A stretch of DNA of 56,283 bases from Candidatus Colwellbacteria bacterium (lineage in GTDB: Bacteria > Patescibacteriota > Minisyncoccia > UBA6257 > Colwellbacteraceae): NCBI GenBank assembly GCA_016176505.1, contig JACOXB010000007.1, positions 1 through 56,283 of the forward strand, in the 5' to 3' direction. Position numbers and translations under genes: made by a program. The notes under the pieces were generated by a model. It was not told the DNA's origin. It saw only the letters and a list, made by a program, of their open reading frames with translations, and searched no databases. Position 1 is the first letter of the stretch. The number at the start of each line of letters is the position of its first letter. Shown piece by piece: positions 31,330 through 38,839 of the stretch.

Positions 31330-31368
31330 TCTCGCTTCGACCTGCCTGCCGGCAGGCAGGGATATTCT
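31330..31368 (+). repeat. 40-nt module with perfect 20-nt palindrome CCTGCCTGCCGGCAGGCAGG (copy A)
   Basis: CTCGCTTCGA-CCTGCCTGCCGGCAGGCAGG-GATATTCT. An inverted copy lies at 52603-52641. Confidence 0.65.
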
Positions 31369-31402
31369 CCGTGAAGATAGATTCTCGCGTTTAGATAAAT
31401 TA

Positions 31403-31534
31403 TCACCGTTTTCTGCGATCGCTTAAAATGGTGACTAAATATATTTTGCTCAGTAGCATGCTACTGAGCAGCGCTATGCTATAGCATAGCGCTGTGACAT
31501 GTCACAGCAGGTTAACGAGTCCCGTCCTCGTTAA
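31403..31534. repeat. array of five consecutive hairpins, three of them perfect loop-less palindromes
   Basis: The five are TCACCGTTTT..AAAATGGTGA (GCGATCGC core), GCTCAGTAGCA|TGCTACTGAGC, AGCGCTATGCTA|TAGCATAGCGCT, GCTGTGACA|TGTCACAGC, and TTAACGAG-7nt-CTCGTTAA. Confidence 0.7.
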
Positions 31535-31557
31535 ATTAGCTCGATAGCCGCTTGGTT

Positions 31558-31592
31558 CGGGCTAACAAGCTAAGAGCTAATAAGCTATCAGG
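31558..31592. repeat. GCTAA-rich stop-dense repeat, copy R4
   Basis: CGGGCTAACAAGCTAAGAGCTAATAAGCTATCAGG lies directly 3' of tRNA-Leu. Confidence 0.6.
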
Positions 31593-31602
31593 TTTTATTT
31601 TG

Positions 31603-31686
31603 TGCCCGGGGTGGGGATCGAACCCACACGAGGTTGCCCTCACAGGATTTTAAGTCCTGACTGTCTACCTATTCCAGCACCCGGGC
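31603..31686 (-). tRNA. tRNA-Leu (TAA)
   Basis: The minus strand reads GCCCGGGTGCTGGAATAGGTAGACAGTCAGGACTTAAAATCCTGTGAGGGCAACCTCGTGTGGGTTCGATCCCCACCCCGGGCA. It has a long variable arm. Confidence 0.9.
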
Positions 31687-31700
31687 GTTATGGGGTTTTG

Positions 31701-31772
31701 AGGCGTCGGTGGGAATCGAACCCACGTATAAGAGATTTGCAGTCTCCTGGCTTACCACTTGCCTACGACGCC
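31701..31772 (-). tRNA. tRNA-Cys (GCA)
   Basis: The minus strand reads GGCGTCGTAGGCAAGTGGTAAGCCAGGAGACTGCAAATCTCTTATACGTGGGTTCGATTCCCACCGACGCCT. Confidence 0.9.
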
Positions 31773-31812
31773 GGATTTCTGGGCAGGGCAGATCTCCCTA
31801 GATAATCTACAG

Positions 31813-32154
31813 CTATTCTTTCTCTTCCTCAAGTAATAATTTTTCGATGCGGGCGGCTTTTTCCGGGCCCTCATCCAGTTCAAACTCAAGTCGAGGCACA
31901 GGCCTAAATTTTAATCGTTCGCGTAAAAGTTTTTCCGCTTCCCAATGGGAACGACCTAATTTTTCTAAAGTTTCGGCGGCTGCTTCTTTAGGGATCACGC
32001 TCACGCCAACTTTAGCCTCAGAAAGGTCGGGCGCTACCTTAACATCAGTAAGGGTGACTAAGCTTCCTGTAGGATGCTCCAAATTCCGCTCCACGATTTC
32101 GCCCAACTCTTTTTGAATCAGGCTCTCAATTTTCAATAAACGACGTGACTCCAT
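31813..32154 (-). CDS. rbfA: ribosome-binding factor A
   Basis: 113 aa; the typical RbfA N-terminal pattern (R..K....IQKELGEI) is present. It lies immediately downstream of infB. Confidence 0.9.
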   Translation of the reverse strand: MESRRLLKIESLIQKELGEIVERNLEHPTGSLVTLTDVKVAPDLSEAKVGVSVIPKEAAAETLEKLGRSHWEAEKLLRERLKFRPVPRLEFELDEGPEKAARIEKLLLEEEKE

Positions 32155-33605
32155 TAACTTTTAATAAAATCGCCGACAGCGATTTCGACACTCGTTGAGA
32201 TTATTAGGCCGCACTCGTTGCCTTCGCCCACTTCTTTGACGTCAACTTTATTCAACTGAAGGTTTGTAATCCTACCTCGGCCAAGCACTTCTTCGCCCCG
32301 TTCAATTTGAACATTATTTCCCACTCTAAGCACTCCTTCAACCACTCTGCCGCCAATTGTTTGCTTAGTCTTCCCCTTACTAAAAATAGCAAGCACTTCA
32401 AGTTTCCCGCCCGTAACTGCTTCGCCGCCAGCCTTAAGTAAATCCTCTACTTCTTCAAGCAGTTTATAAATAATGTCCGAGGTTAAGATTTTCACTTTTT
32501 GAGAGTCAGCTAAATTCCTAGCCGCCTGATTGGCTAAAGTTTTAAAACCGATAATGAAGCTTTCGGTGGCTTTAGCAAATTTAACATCGCTGTCAGTAAT
32601 TTCGCCAACCGAAGCCGCGAGGACTTGAAGCTTCTCGGCTAAAAGCTGATCAAGGGCTTCGAGCGAACCGGCTGTGTCAGCTTTAAGAATGGCTTTAGGC
32701 AATCCGGCTTCGCCTACCATAGCTTCGGCGGCCGGAGCGACGGCGGGTAGCTCGCCCTCGACTTTTTCGAGTACAGCCACATCAACCTTACCAGCCCAGA
32801 ATTCTTCGCCTGATTTAGGCAAATCCTCAAAACCAATCACGGTAAGAGGCGCTGAGGGATAAGCCTTTTTAAGTCTTTTACCGAGAAAGTCCTCAAGGAT
32901 TTTTACTTTACCCGGACTTGAAGGAGTCACGATCTCGTCTCCCTCCCGAAGACAGCCGTCTTTTAAAACTAAGTGGGCCACGATTCCCCGACGACTCTCT
33001 TTTTTGGTTTCGATAACAAAGCCGTTAGCCTTCGCCTCGGGGTCATACTTTAAATCCGCCACCTCTCCAGCAAGGACTAAGAGATCCAGGAGTTCGTCCA
33101 CGCCTTCTCCGGTTGTGCCGGAAACGCCATGCCAGCTGACCTGGCCTCCCATGCCTTCGAGAAATACTTCGGCGGCCGTAAGTTCATTCTTAACTTTATT
33201 AATATCAGCCGTCGATTTATCGATTTTCGTAATCGCAACCACAAATGGGGTTTTGGTTTCTCGTAAAATCGTAATAGCTTCGGTTGTCTGGGGTTTAACC
33301 CCTTCGTCAGCCGCAACCACAAGCACAGCTAAGTCGGCCGCAGTTGCGCCCCTGACCCTCATGGTTGAAAAAGCTTCGTGTCCCGGCGTATCAATAAAAG
33401 TGATTTTATGTACTTGCCCTGAGTCTGTCGAGGGGTGCTCGACTTCGTAAGCGCCGATTGACTGGGTAATACCGCCGGCCTCGCGACTGACTAAATTGGT
33501 CTTTCTAATGTAATCAAGCAAGGTGGTTTTACCATGATCAACATGGCCGACTACAGCTACAATCGGGGGTCTAGGGAGTAGTTTTTTCTCGTTTTCGTCA
33601 GCCAT
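32154..33605 (-). CDS. infB: translation initiation factor IF-2 (short N-terminus)
   Basis: It has the G domain GHVDHGKTTLLD, DTPGHEAF and NKID-like TKIDK. At 483 aa it lacks the long N-terminal region. Confidence 0.95.
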   Translation of the reverse strand: MADENEKKLLPRPPIVAVVGHVDHGKTTLLDYIRKTNLVSREAGGITQSIGAYEVEHPSTDSGQVHKITFIDTPGHEAFSTMRVRGATAADLAVLVVAADEGVKPQTTEAITILRETKTPFVVAITKIDKSTADINKVKNELTAAEVFLEGMGGQVSWHGVSGTTGEGVDELLDLLVLAGEVADLKYDPEAKANGFVIETKKESRRGIVAHLVLKDGCLREGDEIVTPSSPGKVKILEDFLGKRLKKAYPSAPLTVIGFEDLPKSGEEFWAGKVDVAVLEKVEGELPAVAPAAEAMVGEAGLPKAILKADTAGSLEALDQLLAEKLQVLAASVGEITDSDVKFAKATESFIIGFKTLANQAARNLADSQKVKILTSDIIYKLLEEVEDLLKAGGEAVTGGKLEVLAIFSKGKTKQTIGGRVVEGVLRVGNNVQIERGEEVLGRGRITNLQLNKVDVKEVGEGNECGLIISTSVEIAVGDFIKS

Positions 33606-33665
33606 TGCTTTTTAAAACTAGCACCTCGACTTATTTTTGGCTAGAATACGGCTTAGAAACAACCC

Positions 33666-33748
33666 GGAGGAGTCGCATAGCGGTATTGCAACGGATTGCT
33701 AATCCGTGGGGAGTAATCCCCTCGTGGGTTCGAATCCCACCTCCTCCG
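33666..33748 (+). tRNA. tRNA-Ser (GCT)
   Basis: GGAGGAGTCGCATAGCGGTATTGCAACGGATTGCTAATCCGTGGGGAGTAATCCCCTCGTGGGTTCGAATCCCACCTCCTCCG. It has a long variable arm. Confidence 0.9.
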
Positions 33749-33946
33749 CTAATACAAATTAAGCATGCCTGTGTGGTATGCTGAATTTGTATTTGGTTGG
33801 ATTCGAACGAGGGGTGGGTCGGAGGGGAAACCACCGGGTCCCCTCCGTCGAGGAAAACAGGGAGCCTGCCGTGCCAGGCTCCCGCCAGAAACCGAGGGTG
33901 TCTGGGGAGCGAGTGAATACGAGCGACGTTCAATCCCACCTCCTCC
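33749..33946 (+). repeat. element E2: structured insert plus second copy of the tRNA-Ser 3' end
   Basis: AATCCCACCTCCTCC occurs at 33733-33747 and again at 33932-33946. The insert has TTGTATTTGG + GGTTGGATTCGAAC (13/14 inverted copy of the tRNA T-arm), GGGTCGG, three hairpins and GGGAGCGAGTGAATACGAGCGACG. Confidence 0.7.
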
Positions 33947-34034
33947 ACCCGAAATACTTTTTATCGGAAGACCCGAGTGCCTAGGTATAGGGTACGACCT
34001 CAAGCCACCAAACCCCTTAACAGGAAGTGCATCC

Positions 34035-34799
34035 CTATTCAACTGCCTTGGCTTGGTTGAAAACCGACTTAAAGTGCTGATGAACCAAACCATATGCCAC
34101 ACCTAAATGAAGAGGCATAACAAGTGCTGGTTTGGTGCCTAAGTCCTGTAGAGAGTGATCGATTACCCAGCCTTTCTTTGCTGTGAATAAATATCTACCA
34201 TGGAGTACGGCTCCGGGAGATTGACGAAGCTCGACCAAACCACCCTTTTCCTTTCTGAACTTTTTATAGGCCCGAAGAAATTGGTCTTCTTTACCGCTGC
34301 GTCCTAAACGAGAAGTCAGTATTTGGATAGGAACGCTGACTTCAGCTAAGGCGTCGAGGGTTTCCTCAGAAACATAGGGGTCAATTACCAGCAAGAACTC
34401 ATCTGCGCTGTGTTGTAGAAAAACCTTAAGCTGACGCTGCGTGGACCATGGTGTACCAGGACTAACAAAGCTGGGGCTATCGTGAGACAAGGAAGGCTTT
34501 AATAACAGTTGTCCATTCCTTTTCAAATGGAAACGACGAACTCCGCCAATGGTTCTATATTCTACTGGCGCGCGCAAGCGGGAAAGAACACGGTAAATTG
34601 TTGGGGCATTTAGTTCTTCGCCTTGCTCACGCGCAACACGCGCAATTGTCGAAGCAGTAACCCAACCCTTACTTCCTCCAGCTGAACTCAATGCGTTTAA
34701 AACCGTAAGCTCGCTCGCTTTAAGATTGTTCAGCGGCTTGGAGGTCATAGAGAACAAAATCTTCGCCGGTGCGCGACAGCCTGAAGTAACCTGGATCAT
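34035..34799 (-). CDS. winged-helix + PLD-like (HKD-variant) domain protein, unknown function
   Basis: N-terminal wHTH-like segment (LTVLNALSSAGGSKGWVTASTIARVAREQG...TIYRVLSRL). The C-terminal LHGRYLFTAKKGWVIDHSLQDLG resembles an HxK(R)-type PLD motif (tentative). An alternative start is MTSKP at 34748. Confidence 0.7.
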   Translation of the reverse strand: MIQVTSGCRAPAKILFSMTSKPLNNLKASELTVLNALSSAGGSKGWVTASTIARVAREQGEELNAPTIYRVLSRLRAPVEYRTIGGVRRFHLKRNGQLLLKPSLSHDSPSFVSPGTPWSTQRQLKVFLQHSADEFLLVIDPYVSEETLDALAEVSVPIQILTSRLGRSGKEDQFLRAYKKFRKEKGGLVELRQSPGAVLHGRYLFTAKKGWVIDHSLQDLGTKPALVMPLHLGVAYGLVHQHFKSVFNQAKAVE

Positions 34800-35217
34800 C
34801 TTTCACAGACTCCAGGCGGAGGTACTTTTTTGACGAAAGATCTCGCATGGACTGACTGATTTGCCTGGGGGGACGAAGATTAGCACGCCTGTAGAGCTCA
34901 ACGACATCGCGCTCATTTGCCTTTTCCTTACTTTCGTGTTCCTTCGCCCAATAAAGCAAAGAGGGGATTTCAGCTACCGCTCCTTTTGGATTAAGCTTTG
35001 CCACAAAATCACGAAGGTTTTTACCAGTACTGGCGGAGTGAGATTTTCCAGTTTTTTGAGTATCGCCGTGTCCCCGTGGTTCTTTTCCAGGCTCGTTTGA
35101 ATCCTGTAGAAGATGTGCGAGCGCAGTCTGTTGTAAGTGGTCAGGAATCTTAAGCTCCTTGAGCGACTCCATCGCCTCTCTAAGCTGCTTATATTGTGGT
35201 GAATCTTTTATGGACAT
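34720..35217 (-). CDS. hypothetical protein with C-terminal winged-helix-like domain
   Basis: 165 aa with an N-terminal helix, a disordered basic linker and a C-terminal VVELYRRANLRPPRQISQSMRDLSSKKYLRLESVKDDPGYFRLSRTGEDFV. It overlaps the downstream ORF. Confidence 0.7.
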   Translation of the reverse strand: MSIKDSPQYKQLREAMESLKELKIPDHLQQTALAHLLQDSNEPGKEPRGHGDTQKTGKSHSASTGKNLRDFVAKLNPKGAVAEIPSLLYWAKEHESKEKANERDVVELYRRANLRPPRQISQSMRDLSSKKYLRLESVKDDPGYFRLSRTGEDFVLYDLQAAEQS

Positions 35218-35223
35218 GGGGCC

Positions 35224-35251
35224 ATTATAGACCTCTGTGGAAATTTGTCAA
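35224..35251 (-). promoter_or_regulatory. promoter TTGACA-N16-TATAAT placed 6 nt upstream of the ATG (leaderless transcript predicted)
   Basis: The minus strand reads TTGACAAATTTCCACAGAGGTCTATAATGGCCCCATG. Confidence 0.65.
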
Positions 35252-35453
35252 GAAATTCTTAAGAAGCTCCACTTCGGGCCGTTTTTGAGGGTTCTGTGGT
35301 AGCGACCCGAGTACCTCAGTGAGTGCAGCTCAGATGCCCTAAAACATCCTTGTGGAGCCTAGCAACTGGGTGCTAATCCCGAAGCGGCCCGCCAGTTAGG
35401 AAACGAAGTTATTGGCTCGCAAAATAAAACAGGTCAGCCTATACTTGAAAATA

Positions 35454-35846
35454 ATGAAGTCAATTGCTATTTGCGGCAGTAGCCGATTCAAGCCAGAAAT
35501 AAAAGAGTGGACTCAAAGACTGGAAGATTTGGGAGTGACTGTTTACCCACCCTATTTGGTTGGTAACCCAGACCAGGATGGGTGGAAGAATTTGAATGAA
35601 GAGCAGAAGAAATTCGTTGCCTTAGGCCTAACTCATGACCATTTTTATAAAATCCAGATGGCGGATGTTGTCTTTATCTACAATAAAGATGGCTACGCCG
35701 GGAATAGCACAACCCTCGAGATTGGTTATTCAGTGGCGATGGGTAAACCAATTTATGCCCTAACCGAAGACGGGGAAATATGCCGCCACGTGCTCTTTCG
35801 AGAATTCATTTCTTCGCCCGAAGAGCTAGTAAAAAGACTTCAATAA
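35454..35846 (+). CDS. nucleoside 2-deoxyribosyltransferase-like (DNPH1/Rcl-like) protein
   Basis: 130 aa with MKSIAICGSSRF... and GYAGNSTTLEIGYSVAMGKPIYAL, typical of the NDT-like superfamily. A -10 TATACT lies 8 nt before the ATG. Confidence 0.7.
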   Translation: MKSIAICGSSRFKPEIKEWTQRLEDLGVTVYPPYLVGNPDQDGWKNLNEEQKKFVALGLTHDHFYKIQMADVVFIYNKDGYAGNSTTLEIGYSVAMGKPIYALTEDGEICRHVLFREFISSPEELVKRLQ

Positions 35847-35853
35847 ATTAAAT

Positions 35854-36420
35854 ATGGCCGACTTGAGACGACTCAATATTGTAGATGAGTCTGGGAAAAT
35901 TATCAGTGAGGATACGAGAGAGAATATCCATAATAAGGGCCTGCTTCATAGGGAAATCCACGTTTGGTTTTATACCCCAAGGGATGAAATTATTTTTCAA
36001 CACCGCGCAAAAGATAAAGACACGTATCCTGATTTATTAGATGCAACGGTCGGCGGCCATGTCGAAATAGGCTCGGATTACGAAGAGAGCGCCTTAAAAG
36101 AGATGGAAGAAGAAACCGGGATAAAGGCGGACCGAAATGACCTCCATTTTATCGAGACTGTAAGAAATAAGGCCTACGATCCGGTAACGAATAAAACCAA
36201 TAACGTGATTAGGGCAATATACGCGTATCTTTATGACGGGAGAACTGAAGATTTGAAAGTTGAACAGGGCAAGGCAATCGGGTTCGAAGCTTGGCCCCTA
36301 AGAGAAATCTTTAATATCCCCGAGGATGAGAGGAAACGATTCGTCCCAATAATACTTGAAGAAAATCATCTGGAACTATTTCGTAAAATCCAACGCCTTC
36401 TGGGAAAAGAATCTCTATAA
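35854..36420 (+). CDS. Nudix hydrolase
   Basis: The Nudix box is GGHVEIGSDYEESALKEMEEETGI. Confidence 0.85.
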   Translation: MADLRRLNIVDESGKIISEDTRENIHNKGLLHREIHVWFYTPRDEIIFQHRAKDKDTYPDLLDATVGGHVEIGSDYEESALKEMEEETGIKADRNDLHFIETVRNKAYDPVTNKTNNVIRAIYAYLYDGRTEDLKVEQGKAIGFEAWPLREIFNIPEDERKRFVPIILEENHLELFRKIQRLLGKESL

Positions 36421-36447
36421 AAGAGCTATAATAACAGATAGCATCTT

Positions 36448-36948
36448 ATGGAGGTCCAGAATGTAGAGCTTCATCGGGTGGTGGCAACAGCCATCATTCA
36501 TAAAGGCGGAAAATACCTAATTACCAAGCGCTCGCCTGAGAAAAAAGTCTGGCCTGGCAAATGGACTGTGCCTGGCGGGGGGTTAGAGGTTAATGATTAT
36601 ATTAATACGCCGACGACAGTGCCGACTGAAAAAATCTGGTATTACGCCCTGGAAAATACCCTTCGCCGAGAAGTTGAAGAAGAAGCTGGCGTTCAAATAG
36701 GGAAAATTGATTATCTCTTGGACCTTTGTTTTATTAGACCCGATAACGTTCCGGTAATTACTCTAAGTTTTTATGCCCCGTGGAAATCAGGCGAAGTTAA
36801 ACTAAACTCGGAAAGCGTTGATCATGCCTGGATCACCGTTCGAGAAATCAAAAATTATGAATTTATTGAGGGAATAAGCCGAGAAATCGAGATGGTTGAT
36901 GAGCTTTTAAAAGGCGCGGATCCAGAAACAGTCAAATTTTATGGCTAG
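36448..36948 (+). CDS. Nudix hydrolase
   Basis: It has VPGGGLE...LRREVEEEAGV (a Nudix box with an insertion). Confidence 0.85.
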   Translation: MEVQNVELHRVVATAIIHKGGKYLITKRSPEKKVWPGKWTVPGGGLEVNDYINTPTTVPTEKIWYYALENTLRREVEEEAGVQIGKIDYLLDLCFIRPDNVPVITLSFYAPWKSGEVKLNSESVDHAWITVREIKNYEFIEGISREIEMVDELLKGADPETVKFYG

Positions 36949-37501
36949 TAATCCGCCAGGAATTTCTCCTGAAGAATATTTTAAAACGCCGGTTCGAACC
37001 CTAATTAAACAACGGGCGCCTTGGCTAGTTTTAGGACTTACTGGCGGCATTTTTGCGGCGCAAATAATCGGTTTTTTCGAACAAACTCTTGAAACTCAGC
37101 TTATTCTTGCGGCTTTTATTCCTTTAATCACTTATATGGCGGATGCTATCGCAGCTGAAACCGAAATTATTTTTGTAAGAAGTATCGCCCTGAGCCCTAG
37201 AATCAATGCGAAAAAATTTCTTTCCAAAGAACTGAAAATCGGTTTCGGCGTGGCCTTAATTTCCAGCACTCTTATCGCCATTTATTCTTTTATTCGCTAT
37301 CAAACTCCTTATCTCGGGTTGGTGCTCGGGATTTCAATTTCCGCTGCCACTTTAATTGCGATTACGATCGGTACGATTGTGCCGTGGTTGTTTTATAAAT
37401 TTAGAAGGGATCCGGCGCTTGCAACCGGCCCCCTCACCACTATTCTGCAAGATGTCATAAGCGTTACTATTTATTTTTTGGTTGCTTCTTGGTTACTCTA
37501 G
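36941..37501 (+). CDS. MgtE-like divalent cation transporter membrane domain protein
   Basis: 186 aa with 5 TM helices and ATGPLTTILQDVISVTIYF, typical of the MgtE C-terminal domain. Confidence 0.7.
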   Translation: MASNPPGISPEEYFKTPVRTLIKQRAPWLVLGLTGGIFAAQIIGFFEQTLETQLILAAFIPLITYMADAIAAETEIIFVRSIALSPRINAKKFLSKELKIGFGVALISSTLIAIYSFIRYQTPYLGLVLGISISAATLIAITIGTIVPWLFYKFRRDPALATGPLTTILQDVISVTIYFLVASWLL

Positions 37502-37615
37502 AACGCGGGGATTGTTCCCGATTTACCCAAGAGTGAAGTTTAGTTAAACTAAACAGTTGGATAGAACGGTCCGACTTGAGTCGGACAAGTCGCAGGCTTG
37601 CCCCCACCCCTATTT

Positions 37616-37687
37616 GCCCCTGTAGTTCAACGGATAGAACACGGGATTGCGGATCCCGTAATAGAGGTTCGATTCCTCTCAGGGGTA
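37616..37687 (+). tRNA. tRNA-Arg (GCG)
   Basis: GCCCCTGTAGTTCAACGGATAGAACACGGGATTGCGGATCCCGTAATAGAGGTTCGATTCCTCTCAGGGGTA. The anticodon loop is TTGCGGA. Confidence 0.85.
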
Positions 37688-37694
37688 CGGATAA

Positions 37695-37765
37695 GCGAGC
37701 GTAGCACAGTGGTAGTGCGCCTGCCTTCCAAGCAGGTTACGCGGGTTCGATTCCCGTCGCTCGCT
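37695..37765 (+). tRNA. tRNA-Gly (TCC)
   Basis: GCGAGCGTAGCACAGTGGTAGTGCGCCTGCCTTCCAAGCAGGTTACGCGGGTTCGATTCCCGTCGCTCGCT. Confidence 0.9.
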
Positions 37766-37815
37766 CCGGGATAAAGATGGCGATAGTAACTAAACTGAGC
37801 TGAAATTCGTTTTAA

Positions 37816-38385
37816 ATGTTGGAGGACGAACAAGAACTAGTTAAAAGGGCAAAAGGTGGGGAGGCCGAGGCTTTTGGCTTACTGTATGACTACTATTTGC
37901 CTAAAATCTATCGCTTCGTCCTACTAAAGGTAAGCCATCGTGAGGAAGCCGAAGACCTCACCCACCAAACTTTTTTAAAAGCCTGGCAGAACATTGACCA
38001 ATACGATTTCCGCGGCCATTCTTTTGGCAGCTGGCTCTACCGAATCGCTAGAAACGCGGTGATTGACTACCACCGAAAAGGCAGGATCTCACCAGCGTTC
38101 AGCCTTGATGATTTTGAGCTCGAGCTCCCGGGCCAGGAAAGATCGCCCGAAGAACTCCTCGAATCAAGACTCGAGACCGAAACTATCCTCGAGGCGATTC
38201 GCGAGCTTAAAGAGATCGAACAGGAAGTGCTCTTGATGCGCTTTGTTGAAGAGCTGAATACTAAAGAAGTGGCGGAAATTGTTAAGAAAACCGAAGGCGC
38301 GGTAAAGCTAATTCAGCACCGGGCCCTCAAGAGTCTAGCTAAACTTTTAGACGAGAAAAACAATGGAGGAAACAAAACTAATTAA
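37816..38385 (+). CDS. ECF-type RNA polymerase sigma-70 factor
   Basis: 189 aa; regions 2 and 4 are recognisable (DLTHQTFLKAW..., LNTKEVAEIVKKTEGAVKLIQHRALKSL). Confidence 0.85.
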   Translation: MLEDEQELVKRAKGGEAEAFGLLYDYYLPKIYRFVLLKVSHREEAEDLTHQTFLKAWQNIDQYDFRGHSFGSWLYRIARNAVIDYHRKGRISPAFSLDDFELELPGQERSPEELLESRLETETILEAIRELKEIEQEVLLMRFVEELNTKEVAEIVKKTEGAVKLIQHRALKSLAKLLDEKNNGGNKTN

Positions 38386-38839
38386 AAAGCTGAAAATCCT
38401 TAAGTCAATCGAGCCAGATTCTGGCTACGCTCGGCTTTCGCGCGCCTTAATCCTCAACCAAAAAGAAAGAACTCTGTTCATTCCTGCTTGGGGGCGGAAG
38501 GCTTTTTCGCGCAGTTTGAATTCAGTTTTTTCAGTAGCTCTGGCGACTGTCTTTTTCATGGTCCTTGCTCTGGGGGGCCTGGTTGGTGCTTTTAAAAATC
38601 TTTTATTCCCGTCTCTGCCGGGTATTGATAACCAAAGCCTAGTTACGGAGGCAGATGCGGTTACCCAGAACATTGATACCCGACTAGGGGAAATTCAATA
38701 CTTCAGCGGCGAGGAAGTGGCTATGAAGCCAGCCGAGGAGCCAAAGACCAAACCATCTCCAGCCGAACCGGGGACCGTAAAACCGGTGAGCGACGAGGAA
38801 GAGGTCGACGCCCTGCTTGATAAAGTAATAAGTTATTAA
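38363..38839 (+). CDS. membrane protein, putative anti-sigma partner
   Basis: 158 aa with a central TM segment. It overlaps the sigma gene end. Confidence 0.6.
   Translation: MEETKLIKKLKILKSIEPDSGYARLSRALILNQKERTLFIPAWGRKAFSRSLNSVFSVALATVFFMVLALGGLVGAFKNLLFPSLPGIDNQSLVTEADAVTQNIDTRLGEIQYFSGEEVAMKPAEEPKTKPSPAEPGTVKPVSDEEEVDALLDKVISY

Noticed and set aside
31403-31534. CRISPR array or other spaced-repeat array.
   Set aside because: The hairpins differ from one another and are contiguous, with no repeat-spacer periodicity. No CRISPR-like array occurs anywhere in the window.
33631-34106. ORFs across tRNA genes and E elements (33631..33948, 33749..34102, 33765..34106, 17147..17404, 31602..31805, 37627..37833, 31166..31426).
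   Set aside because: They are read through tRNA sequences or hairpin-rich non-coding DNA, and they have no SD and no protein-like composition.
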